Source: a virus (taxonomy: Duplodnaviria; Heunggongvirae; Uroviricota; Caudoviricetes). Taken from it: a stretch of 64,000 nucleotides of DNA. Made by a program: the position numbers and the translations under genes. The stretch is taken from IMG/VR virus record IMGVR_UViG_3300031647_000750, positions 64,025-128,024 of that record; one strand, given 5' to 3'. Of this stretch, positions 10,551 through 18,670 are shown piece by piece. A model generated the notes under the pieces. It was given only the letters and a program-made list of their open reading frames with translations, was not told where the DNA came from and did not search any database. The stretch's first letter is position 1; the number at the start of each line of letters is the position of its first letter.

Positions 10551-10731
10551 TAATTTTTTTTTAGCGGCTACATAATTATTCTTTAAGTTTTACACAGCGG
10601 CTCATAATTACTTAGCGACCATGTCGCTGCGAAATTTTTTTAGAGTTAACTACAATGTTATTATAATAGTCCCATACTATATCTCCTACAGCGCGGAAGA
10701 CATTTATTCACCGTAGGAGATAAATATACTT

Positions 10732-11316
10732 ATGATCAAACCCCTTATAATATTAGACTTCGACGGTACATTAGTAGACTGTAAAGAACTACATCAAGTC
10801 GGCTTTAGACAAGCAGTATTAACACAATGTCCTGACGCACTATACTTAGACGATGAAGTAGAAGGTCTACCCACCACCGCTAAGATATCTTATCTACAAG
10901 CGAAAGGACTCCCCATTGATAACCATATCAATTATCTGAAACAGTTACATACCGTAGCACACATGGATAAGTATATCGTATACAACAGTGACCTACATGC
11001 TGTACTGAGTGCATTGTGTGTAGAGTATACCGTGTCGCTGGCATCAAATGGTAGAAAGGAATTCATTGATAGAGCGTTAGAGATACTAGACTTAACAATG
11101 TTTCACTCTATATACACACCTAATGATGGTCCTAGTAAACCTGATATATGGATGTTTAAACAATGTATGATAGAGGCTAACAGTAGTCCTAACAGTACAA
11201 CCATAGTAGAAGACTCCCCAATGGGTATACAGTGTGCGATAAGTACTGGTGCTACCGTAGTAACTGTAACGTGTCAAGCAGACACTATAGTATACCTACA
11301 GTCGTTATTACCATAA
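10732..11316 (+). CDS. HAD-superfamily hydrolase/phosphatase
   Basis: LDFDGTLVD motif I, ASNG motif II, KP motif III, VEDSPMG motif IV. Confidence 0.9.
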   Translation: MIKPLIILDFDGTLVDCKELHQVGFRQAVLTQCPDALYLDDEVEGLPTTAKISYLQAKGLPIDNHINYLKQLHTVAHMDKYIVYNSDLHAVLSALCVEYTVSLASNGRKEFIDRALEILDLTMFHSIYTPNDGPSKPDIWMFKQCMIEANSSPNSTTIVEDSPMGIQCAISTGATVVTVTCQADTIVYLQSLLP

Positions 11317-11506
11317 TAATTATAGCGACAGTAACTACAATCTTTTTTGTATGATTCGGCTTAGGTAGTGGGATAGGTACTTCCATATCACCGTAACCAG
11401 ATTCCCAATCCCAGTGTGCTTTGGATTTAATCATATGAGGATGTTGTATCCTAGTCCTACGATCTTCTTCCTTTTGCTCATCGGTTAGTTTATGTTTAGT
11501 TACCAT
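11285..11506 (-). CDS. small protein with C-terminal membrane anchor
   Basis: C-terminal IVVTVAIIIMVITTVGIL. Confidence 0.55.
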   Translation of the reverse strand: MVTKHKLTDEQKEEDRRTRIQHPHMIKSKAHWDWESGYGDMEVPIPLPKPNHTKKIVVTVAIIIMVITTVGIL

Positions 11507-11693
11507 ACCATACTATTAGTTTGTGCCATAGTATTGCTAGTGAGTAGCCTTGCTTTTTACGCTGTGGTTCATAGTCTACGTCTACGTTGACGTTGACGTC
11601 TAAGCAATCGTCACACCACTCTATAGCAGAGTCTTGTGCTATTGTGCTAGTGAACGTGTCGTTACATACCTGACAGATGTACACGTAACTCAT
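11496..11693 (-). CDS. small Zn-ribbon-like protein
   Basis: CQVC...CDDC; ATGA-coupled start at 11693. Confidence 0.5.
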   Translation of the reverse strand: MSYVYICQVCNDTFTSTIAQDSAIEWCDDCLDVNVNVDVDYEPQRKKQGYSLAILWHKLIVWYGN

Positions 11694-11794
11694 GATATGC
11701 AACTTAGTTCGTATACATATATTGCTGCGGTTAGGGTTACAGAGTACATGATTAGTATTGCCCATAGGCATTTGTCAAACATTATCTTCTCCAT
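11690..11794 (-). CDS. 34-aa hydrophobic peptide
   Basis: Hand translation MEKIMFDKCLWAILIMYSVTLTAAIYVYELSCIS; stop overlaps the next ATG. Confidence 0.4.
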   Translation of the reverse strand: MEKIMFDKCLWAILIMYSVTLTAAIYVYELSCIS

Positions 11795-11797
11795 TGC

Positions 11798-11911
11798 TCA
11801 TAATCTGATGCCTATACACCATAGATCTATTCTAGCGAACCATACGCCGTTGTTCTTACCGAATCCTATACGAAGCATACGGTTATCTTTGTCTAGAGGT
11901 ATGTATGTCAT
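11798..11911 (-). CDS. 37-aa hypothetical peptide
   Basis: Hand translation MTYIPLDKDNRMLRIGFGKNNGVWFARIDLWCIGIRL. Confidence 0.4.
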   Translation of the reverse strand: MTYIPLDKDNRMLRIGFGKNNGVWFARIDLWCIGIRL

Positions 11912-12022
11912 AGAGTGCATACTGACATATCATCTAGTACATAGTCTGTCTCTTCTACCATAACCCCACCGTGTACTTGCCATGTACTAGCATAACTAAC
12001 GAAGTCGTGTGTATCTGTATAA

Positions 12023-12343
12023 TCATTGTTTTTCCGCTAATGATAGCATCTCTAATGCTTGTTGGTATTCTTCTTGTGTCATATACACATGTTGCTGAGC
12101 ATCCCAACTGGCAGCGTTAGCATCTACGATCGCTTGTGCTGTGGTAATGGTTAGATTCTGTGCAACCTCTAGTTTGGTTAACTCACTGTCATCTTCGTCA
12201 TCCCAGTCACTACCTAGTAACGCATCTAGCATCTCGCTATTGGATAGACTATCTATATAGTCTCGTATCTCTGTGTACTCACCGTGAGATCCGTGCTTGG
12301 CTACTTGGTTATGGAACACCTTCAACTGTTCTTCTAATGTCAT
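12023..12343 (-). CDS. hypothetical protein
   Basis: 106-aa acidic ORF with GAGG RBS. Confidence 0.65.
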   Translation of the reverse strand: MTLEEQLKVFHNQVAKHGSHGEYTEIRDYIDSLSNSEMLDALLGSDWDDEDDSELTKLEVAQNLTITTAQAIVDANAASWDAQQHVYMTQEEYQQALEMLSLAEKQ

Positions 12344-12347
12344 ACTG

Positions 12348-12590
12348 TTATTCCTCGTTATCTTCTACTCTATATATTATGTAGACTACTGTACTTATCA
12401 GTATGCACATGCCAATGAATGCGGTTACACCACCAGCAAAAGTAAAGTTAGTCTCACCACCAGCGTATATTATAGCGAAGATGATGGGACTAAGGGTTAG
12501 TGTTGCAGCAGCAAGTGTTAGTGCTATTGTTTTATGCAAACTGATTCTCGTATGCAGTAGCAAGTGCATCAAACTCATCATAGTATACAC
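12348..12590 (-). CDS. small two-TM membrane protein (start uncertain)
   Basis: Two hydrophobic segments; the true start is probably near 12540. Confidence 0.45.
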   Translation of the reverse strand: MYTMMSLMHLLLHTRISLHKTIALTLAAATLTLSPIIFAIIYAGGETNFTFAGGVTAFIGMCILISTVVYIIYRVEDNEE

Positions 12591-12756
12591 CCCAATCGGT
12601 TATGGCTGGTAATGCCATAACACAGTCAGCGTCTACGAAGTTCCAGTTAACATCGTGATGTTGTTCATCAGACATATCATGATAGCCGTCTACTGTAACG
12701 TAACGATTTTCTGGTGACGCTAATGCTGCTTCAAATGCTTGTGCTAATGCAATCAT
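12532..12756 (-). CDS. hypothetical early protein
   Basis: Directly downstream of the conserved promoter module and GAGAG RBS. Confidence 0.7.
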   Translation of the reverse strand: MIALAQAFEAALASPENRYVTVDGYHDMSDEQHHDVNWNFVDADCVMALPAITDWGVYYDEFDALATAYENQFA

Positions 12757-12788
12757 TGTCTTGCTCTCTTTAATTAACTTATGTAACT

Positions 12789-12817
12789 ATTATACCGTAA
12801 GGATCCTTACTTGTCAA
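12789..12817 (-). promoter_or_regulatory. early promoter with dyad spacer
   Basis: TTGACA-AGTAAGGATCCTTACGG-TATAAT (17-nt spacer). Confidence 0.85.
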
Positions 12818-12820
12818 GTA

Positions 12821-13663
12821 TTAAGTGGGAGGTCTACCTACACTTCTTTTATTTTTCATATCATCTGTTATACTATGCCACGTGTCGTATATACTCTTGT
12901 CCATTACTAGTTGTCTATCTGAATTTCTAAATGCCTGTATTATTCTTAGAATCTCTGTAGGCAGAAACTCATAATTAAAGAACCCAATGCTTAGGTCATT
13001 GCTAGGCGTATTGCAAAAACTTGTTTCTATATTATTCGATATTATTTGTTCAGTTGGTGTGGTGTATATATAGTCTTGCAATTTGCGATTAACTGCAAAT
13101 ATATAATCGCTCCACTTGAAGTCTCCTAACGGAAACTGTGACGAGTAGTGAATTTCTGGATTACATGTTGCTAGTGTAGGCATCTCATTATCACAATTGC
13201 TTAACGAATATATACTACTAATCATCTCCAGTCTGGGAGCCATGTCCCACCTAAACTTAATAATCCAATCGTACTCTCCTAACGATTTTGCTAATTTTAT
13301 TCCTTCAAACCACATGTACGCTTGGGCATAGTAATTATACATCACTACATCATCTGTGCTCATGGTGTCAATGATCAGTCGTTGTCTATTTTTATTTAGT
13401 ACACCTGTCATTGTTTCATTTTTATAATCTGTTTCGAAATTAAGTTTCTTGACTGACTTAAACATATCTAATTTTTTTGAGAGTTTACAGTGATCCCATG
13501 TAATACCATAGTAATCAATATCCATTGCTCGACTACATTCATCATTAAATTTAGTATATTCGTCTGGAATGCACATGGGCGGAGTTGCAGTACTAGCATC
13601 ATTCTCCCAAGATCTTGTTTCTCCTGTGAGTACTATTGCAACTCTTAATGGTGTATCAAGCAT
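12821..13663 (-). CDS. putative glycosyltransferase-like protein (same family as 22595-26210)
   Basis: VAIVLTGETRSW, YGITW, KFRWD, SDYIFA. Confidence 0.55.
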   Translation of the reverse strand: MLDTPLRVAIVLTGETRSWENDASTATPPMCIPDEYTKFNDECSRAMDIDYYGITWDHCKLSKKLDMFKSVKKLNFETDYKNETMTGVLNKNRQRLIIDTMSTDDVVMYNYYAQAYMWFEGIKLAKSLGEYDWIIKFRWDMAPRLEMISSIYSLSNCDNEMPTLATCNPEIHYSSQFPLGDFKWSDYIFAVNRKLQDYIYTTPTEQIISNNIETSFCNTPSNDLSIGFFNYEFLPTEILRIIQAFRNSDRQLVMDKSIYDTWHSITDDMKNKRSVGRPPT

Positions 13664-13871
13664 TGTTAATCATTCTCCCAAGATAGATCACTTCATTGGC
13701 TATCTTCGCGTCTAGTCCATAATACTCTGCAAATCTATCAACTGTAAGGAAATTATTAAAGTAATCTAAGAACAGATCTTCTAGGAATACACCAGACTTA
13801 TTGTCTCCAGATACTGTTGTGTTGTAGTTGTCGATGGTAGTCTCAATGAGATCAGAAATTAATTCAGACAT
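13656..13871 (-). CDS. hypothetical protein
   Basis: 71 aa; LFLDYFNNFLTVDRFAEYYG; ATGCTTGA overlap with the next gene. Confidence 0.65.
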   Translation of the reverse strand: MSELISDLIETTIDNYNTTVSGDNKSGVFLEDLFLDYFNNFLTVDRFAEYYGLDAKIANEVIYLGRMINNA

Positions 13872-13894
13872 AATATACTCCGTAGTGTTAAGGT

Positions 13895-14278
13895 TTATCC
13901 AGTGAATGAGTAAGGCTTGTTGAATGAACCAATGTTCATACTAACGTAGTGTGAACGGTGGAAATAGTCAGTCATTGCATCAGACTCGTCGAAGAAGTCT
14001 GGGCCTTTCATAGCAGCATGTAGTTCGTTTAGAAAGTCTTTAATGGTAACGTTATCAGCATAATGGTTGTCTATGTGATACTCGTTCACTTCAAGATACT
14101 CACGTGCCCATTGTGCATTCTCTAAGTACTGACTGAAGTCTAATGCACCACCTGATACTTTAACGACTAAGGTAGAATAGTTCTGAACAGAGATAGAACC
14201 TTTCATCTTGTACTTCTTCAACACTGCTTTGATCGCTGGTGCCAAACTCGCTTTGTCTTCTTTAGATACATACGCCAT
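13895..14278 (-). CDS. conserved phage hypothetical protein
   Basis: MAYVSKEDKASLAPAIKAVLKKY start behind promoter module and AGGA RBS. Confidence 0.75.
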   Translation of the reverse strand: MAYVSKEDKASLAPAIKAVLKKYKMKGSISVQNYSTLVVKVSGGALDFSQYLENAQWAREYLEVNEYHIDNHYADNVTIKDFLNELHAAMKGPDFFDESDAMTDYFHRSHYVSMNIGSFNKPYSFTG

Positions 14279-14318
14279 GATATAATTCCTTGCTTTGATT
14301 AACTTAACTTCTATAACT

Positions 14319-14347
14319 ATTATAACGTAAGGAGCCTCACTTGTCAA
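14319..14347 (-). promoter_or_regulatory. early promoter with dyad spacer
   Basis: TTGACA-AGTGAGGCTCCTTACGT-TATAAT. Confidence 0.85.
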
Positions 14348-14371
14348 CCCCTTATAGTGAATTAATTGTAA

Positions 14372-14470
14372 TTAACTCTTGATAGCACGTACGATACGCA
14401 ATGGTACTATCCACAATGAGTATGTAAGGAGTACTGATACTAAAACATAAACTAACAAGTCACTAGACAT
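14372..14470 (-). CDS. 32-aa single-TM peptide
   Basis: MSSDLLVYVLVSVLLTYSLWIVPLRIVRAIKS; has its own promoter and AGGA RBS. Confidence 0.55.
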   Translation of the reverse strand: MSSDLLVYVLVSVLLTYSLWIVPLRIVRAIKS

Positions 14471-14507
14471 AATGCGTTCCTTTTGGTTAACTCTTTATCT
14501 TGTAACC

Positions 14508-14536
14508 ATTATATAACAAGGAGCCTCACTTGTCAA
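14508..14536 (-). promoter_or_regulatory. early promoter with dyad spacer
   Basis: TTGACA-AGTGAGGCTCCTTGTTA-TATAAT. Confidence 0.8.
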
Positions 14537-14570
14537 CTATTTAAGTGCATTTAATCCCATTAATTTACTA

Positions 14571-14599
14571 TTGACACTACATCATTATACATATATAGT
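14571..14599 (+). promoter_or_regulatory. sigma70-type promoter
   Basis: TTGACA-17 nt-TATAGT with no ORF before the next promoter. Confidence 0.5.
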
Positions 14600-14684
14600 A
14601 TATACACACCGCAGACAGCCGTACAGTAAGACTCAACAGTAACTGTACGTATGACTATCATAGTAACTAATTGTATCAAATCAC

Positions 14685-14713
14685 TTGACAGGTAATGATC
14701 CTTAGTATATAAT
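14685..14713 (+). promoter_or_regulatory. early promoter of the REase-MTase operon
   Basis: TTGACA-GGTAATGATCCTTAGTA-TATAAT then AGTTACATAAGTTAAT. Confidence 0.85.
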
Positions 14714-14744
14714 AGTTACATAAGTTAATTTTAAAGGAAGTACC

Positions 14745-15314
14745 ATGAACACATCAACGTATGCAGACGACCTGCGTAATGCGATCAATCTAGTTGACTA
14801 CACCAACCTAGTAGCCGCGTTAGGTACACAGTTGAACTCACCCAAAGATCGCTTCGATAAGAGCGACATCATTGAACAATGTATTGACGTATACTCTAAT
14901 GGTAGACTATCATGGGTAGACGAAGTAGGACGTGATCATCGTGATAACAAACTCAACGTTGATCTAGAGTTCAAGTATGTAACCAATGGTATGTTCACCC
15001 CATTGAAACGCGAGAAGAAGATGGTCAAAGTTAAACTAAAGAATAGTCTAGGCTCATCTAAAGGTACTAACATAGATCATCCCGCTGACTTCTATATGAT
15101 TGGTCAACAAGACGCTATCGCTATCATCAGTTGGGATGATGTCAAACCATTCCTAGTCGCTGTACCAGACGGCATAGAAAGTCACATACCGTTTGAGGCA
15201 CTAACGTTCTTAATGAAGCCTACCAATGTGGTTAACAACAATACAATGAACCTAGACTATAAAGCAGTCAAAGCCCAAGCACAACGAAAGATCATAGAGG
15301 ATGCTCGTGTATAA
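14745..15314 (+). CDS. putative PD-(D/E)xK restriction endonuclease
   Basis: E..I...GRDH.D....DLEFK (D...ExK) pattern; 14-nt overlap with the DNA MTase. Confidence 0.5.
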   Translation: MNTSTYADDLRNAINLVDYTNLVAALGTQLNSPKDRFDKSDIIEQCIDVYSNGRLSWVDEVGRDHRDNKLNVDLEFKYVTNGMFTPLKREKKMVKVKLKNSLGSSKGTNIDHPADFYMIGQQDAIAIISWDDVKPFLVAVPDGIESHIPFEALTFLMKPTNVVNNNTMNLDYKAVKAQAQRKIIEDARV

Positions 15315-16173
15315 CGTATATAACCAAAACTGTATAGAAGGTATGAGAGACAACGTTGACTCTAACTCAGTCGATCTTATCTTCACAGATCCACCATACG
15401 GCATAGAGGGCGACAAACTAGATGCTCACTATAACCGTGACGAATCCAATGTAGTTCCTGGCTATGTGGAAGTACCACTAGAGACATACGGACAGTTCTC
15501 ATTAGATTGGATTACTCAGTGCGCTAGAGTATTACGTCCTGGTGGTTCAATGTATATCGTTAGCGGTTACACTAACCTACACCATATACTCAACGCATTA
15601 CATTCTACTGATCTTACCGAAGTGAACCATATCATAGCGGAATACTCTTTCGGTGTGAGTACTACGAAGAAGTATGTCAGTAGTCATTACCATGTATTGT
15701 TCTGGACTAAACCACCAGCAAAGAAACAACAACGTACATTCAATACAAACGCATACTATGCTGATAGTAAAGATAGTTACCATGATAGACTAACTGTGCA
15801 GAAGATGCCTCGTAGTCATAAGCCGGGACAAATAAAGAATAAGAATCAGTTGAGTGAAGACTTCATTGAAAAGTTCATCATGTATAGTTCCAATAGAGGC
15901 GACATAGTGATGGACCCGTTCTGTGGTGGTTTCACTACCGCTAGGACAGCATTGCGTTACGGTAGAGAGTTCGTAGGCTTTGAACAGAACACCAACGCAT
16001 ACGATACCTTCCTACCAACGTTGGCTAATGTAGAGAGTAAAGATGATCCCACTGTGGTGTCACCTGATCCTGTAGAGTTAGCGAAGCGTGTTAAGATGCG
16101 TGAGGGTTGGAAGCGTGATAGAGCGAAGAAGAAGGCTGAACTACCCAGTGATCTGTTCAGTGAAGATAATTAA
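15301..16173 (+). CDS. beta-class N6A/N4C DNA methyltransferase
   Basis: N-terminal LIFTDPPY (motif IV), RVLRPGGS, C-terminal VMDPFCGGFTT (motif I), FVGFE. Confidence 0.9.
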   Translation: MLVYNVYNQNCIEGMRDNVDSNSVDLIFTDPPYGIEGDKLDAHYNRDESNVVPGYVEVPLETYGQFSLDWITQCARVLRPGGSMYIVSGYTNLHHILNALHSTDLTEVNHIIAEYSFGVSTTKKYVSSHYHVLFWTKPPAKKQQRTFNTNAYYADSKDSYHDRLTVQKMPRSHKPGQIKNKNQLSEDFIEKFIMYSSNRGDIVMDPFCGGFTTARTALRYGREFVGFEQNTNAYDTFLPTLANVESKDDPTVVSPDPVELAKRVKMREGWKRDRAKKKAELPSDLFSEDN

Positions 16174-16187
16174 TTTACAATAAACAC

Positions 16188-16216
16188 TTGACAAGCAATG
16201 TGCCTTACGTTATAAT
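16188..16216 (+). promoter_or_regulatory. early promoter module
   Basis: TTGACA-AGCAATGTGCCTTACGT-TATAAT. Confidence 0.85.
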
Positions 16217-16250
16217 AGTTAAGTAAGTTAATCAACGCAAGGAACAACAG

Positions 16251-16601
16251 ATGAAATACGCAATCTACCAAATCCAACTGTCAAACGCTCAATACGATCT
16301 TATCAATGCAGAAGGACACGATTCTGTTCACAAGCAATCAATGAAACTAGACATGGGTCTTAGAAAAAATGACACTGGCGCTGTTGCTAAGGAAGCATTT
16401 GATTTAGGTTACTACACACATGTTTCAAACATCGATGCGTATACATTAGAAGGTGTATTCCACGTAGGCAATATGGGACCAGAGACAGATATTGAAAGAC
16501 TTTCTAGAATGAGTTCTATAAGTGTTGGAGATATTATTGAAGATGAAAATGGAAAGCAATCAGTTGTTGCTAACTACGGATTCCAAGAAGTTTCAAAATA
16601 A
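16251..16601 (+). CDS. hypothetical early protein (possibly YodL-like)
   Basis: YAIYQI...SISVGDII pattern reminiscent of YodL-like domains. Confidence 0.6.
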   Translation: MKYAIYQIQLSNAQYDLINAEGHDSVHKQSMKLDMGLRKNDTGAVAKEAFDLGYYTHVSNIDAYTLEGVFHVGNMGPETDIERLSRMSSISVGDIIEDENGKQSVVANYGFQEVSK

Positions 16602-16604
16602 AGG

Positions 16605-16633
16605 TTGACAAGTAAGACGTCTTACCTTATAAT
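16605..16633 (+). promoter_or_regulatory. early promoter with perfect 14-bp dyad
   Basis: TTGACA-A-GTAAGACGTCTTAC-CT-TATAAT. Confidence 0.9.
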
Positions 16634-16664
16634 AGTTATATAAGTTAATTAAAGAGAGAACGAT

Positions 16665-17192
16665 ATGACTACTAGAAACCAACAAGTTAAGATGATTGCT
16701 GAAGAGATCAAAGAATCTGTTCGCCCGTTAATGGCTAAATGGGTAGATGATCGTGTCAAGTATCTTCTTAACACTAGAACATGGATGCAGTCAGATGAGA
16801 CTCAATCTGCTATCGATGAAAAATATAATAAGATGAAGCCAATTGCAGGCAGGTATTTTATGCGTTCCGATGCACGTAATAGTGTATATGAAAATGCTGG
16901 TATTAGTAAAGGTGACAAACAACTAATCGCTTACTACGGTCAAGATGATTGGTTACTTAAAGCCCAGAAGGATGCTGAGGCAAAACTATTAAAGATCGAA
17001 GTTGCTGTCTTTAAGAAAGTTACATTCGATGTTGATACAGTTGAAAAGATACGTATCATTGAAGGGCGTGACGGTTACATGGAAGGTTCATGGAAATTGA
17101 ATAACGATAAGGTGTTCTCATTTGAAACATTTTACGCTGGTGGTTATAACATACAATGTCTTCACGTTCGCACCAAATATAAATTAAAATAA
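16665..17192 (+). CDS. hypothetical early protein
   Basis: Behind promoter module; C-terminal AGGYNIQCLH.R motif. Confidence 0.75.
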   Translation: MTTRNQQVKMIAEEIKESVRPLMAKWVDDRVKYLLNTRTWMQSDETQSAIDEKYNKMKPIAGRYFMRSDARNSVYENAGISKGDKQLIAYYGQDDWLLKAQKDAEAKLLKIEVAVFKKVTFDVDTVEKIRIIEGRDGYMEGSWKLNNDKVFSFETFYAGGYNIQCLHVRTKYKLK

Positions 17193-17213
17193 ATTAATTA
17201 AAGAGAGACCGAT

Positions 17214-17414
17214 ATGATTACCGAACTTAAAGCACAGTTGGTACATGCACAAGATACATGGGCAGCGTCCGAAGAAGATTGGATGAATACGATCAATCGT
17301 GGTAGGTATTCAGCACAGTATAACGCTTACATGAAGGCTGCTGCCGATTGGAAAATAGTTGTCGAGATACAGGCAGAAATAAAAGAATTAGAGAAAACTA
17401 TGCATTGCGCGTAG
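17214..17414 (+). CDS. hypothetical coiled-coil protein
   Basis: Preceded by the downstream half of the promoter module (AATTAATTAAAGAGAG). Confidence 0.65.
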   Translation: MITELKAQLVHAQDTWAASEEDWMNTINRGRYSAQYNAYMKAAADWKIVVEIQAEIKELEKTMHCA

Positions 17415-17490
17415 ACTAACACAACTATGCATACGGATCTTTACTGTAGTATTTCATAATAGCGAGTCTCATAATCTCGCATTCTCTTAG

Positions 17491-17524
17491 TGAACATTAT
17501 TTAACTGTGATGTTCATTTTTTTT
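17491..17524 (+). terminator. rho-independent terminator
   Basis: TGAACAT...ATGTTCA stem followed by a T run. Confidence 0.55.
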
Positions 17525-17654
17525 GTCTAAAATATATCCGTGACTATACACACCTCGATAGTCACACACGTGAAATCCATTTTTATATATGTTATAATAG
17601 ACTGACGGACTACGTTCCCTGACCACGCATTAAATAATTTAATTACAATAACAC

Positions 17655-17683
17655 TTGACAACCAAGGCTCCTTACGTTATAAT
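17655..17683 (+). promoter_or_regulatory. early promoter module
   Basis: TTGACA-ACCAAGGCTCCTTACGT-TATAAT. Confidence 0.85.
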
Positions 17684-17717
17684 AGTTATATAAGTTAATC
17701 AAGAGAAGGAAGTAATT

Positions 17718-18053
17718 ATGTCTTATTCAGCAATGGCAGTAACTGATTCACTAGGAAGGGGTTTGAAGATGGGGATGGACTTCTCTACTCTTTCCGTTGC
17801 AGAGGTAGGCGAACGCATTGACCCTTGGGTTAGAGAAGTATCATACAAAGGTAAGACTACTTTGTCTCAACTGTTCACTTCCGATAAATTCATTAAGTTC
17901 GACCTTCTTGCTCGTATCGTTCAACGTACTGATAAAGTAGATATGAACGACGAAATCTCTCTATACGCATCTGGTTACATCAAAGAACTTAGAATCGGCA
18001 ACAAAAAGTATAGGACTGTTAACTCTTCATACTTAGGTTCTCGTTCACTTTAA
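17718..18053 (+). CDS. hypothetical early protein
   Basis: Behind promoter module with AAGGA RBS. Confidence 0.7.
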   Translation: MSYSAMAVTDSLGRGLKMGMDFSTLSVAEVGERIDPWVREVSYKGKTTLSQLFTSDKFIKFDLLARIVQRTDKVDMNDEISLYASGYIKELRIGNKKYRTVNSSYLGSRSL

Positions 18054-18067
18054 ATTAATATAAAGCC

Positions 18068-18096
18068 TTGACAAGTAAGGCGCCTTATAGTATAAT
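18068..18096 (+). promoter_or_regulatory. early promoter with dyad spacer
   Basis: TTGACA-AG-TAAGGCGCCTTA-TAG-TATAAT. Confidence 0.9.
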
Positions 18097-18131
18097 AGTT
18101 ATATAAGTTAATTAAGAGAAGGGAAGTTATT

Positions 18132-18596
18132 ATGTCAAATGTATCTGATGCACATATCCTAAACGATCTAGAGTATCGTGGTATTGATGATTTCCTTTCT
18201 GAGATGGAAGTAGGACTAGTTGTCCCAACTTGTTTCGTTGAGCGTATCAAGGCTATCATTAAAGAAAACTATGACATTGATCTAGTTGCTAAACCTGGCA
18301 TGTTGGATAACCTACATGAAGGTGTGTTCTGTTCAATGCCTTACAATGATACTAGTGTAACACTAGTGTCTTCATACTGTCAAAGAGAAAATATTATGTC
18401 ACGAATGGCTCCAATTACAAATGAATTAACCATGCTGTACTCTATCGTAGATGATCTAACTAATCTACAAGGGTCTGCACTTCCTCTACAATACCAACGC
18501 ATTGACGCGCTTATTGAGAAGTATGAATTAAAGGTTAAAGACGCACAGCAAACTTCATGGGAAGATGCTCGTAACGCATTCCATACACTAGACTAA
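18132..18596 (+). CDS. hypothetical early protein
   Basis: Behind promoter module. Confidence 0.7.
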   Translation: MSNVSDAHILNDLEYRGIDDFLSEMEVGLVVPTCFVERIKAIIKENYDIDLVAKPGMLDNLHEGVFCSMPYNDTSVTLVSSYCQRENIMSRMAPITNELTMLYSIVDDLTNLQGSALPLQYQRIDALIEKYELKVKDAQQTSWEDARNAFHTLD

Positions 18597-18614
18597 ATTA
18601 ATTCCCGAAAAGAG

Positions 18615-18643
18615 TTGACAAGTAAGGCTCTTTACGTTATAAT
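18615..18643 (+). promoter_or_regulatory. early promoter module
   Basis: TTGACA-AGTAAGGCTCTTTACGT-TATAAT. Confidence 0.85.
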
Positions 18644-18670
18644 AGTTAATTAAATCAAAGAGAGAATATC

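Noticed and set aside
1-11316. Bacterial chromosomal LPS/capsule locus
   Set aside because: Contiguous with phage-type promoter modules and T4-like replication genes, with no wzx/wzy/ABC export genes; chimerism cannot be fully excluded without reads
14279-14347. Extension of ORF 13895..14347
   Set aside because: The extension is the promoter module itself; RBS supports ATG 14278
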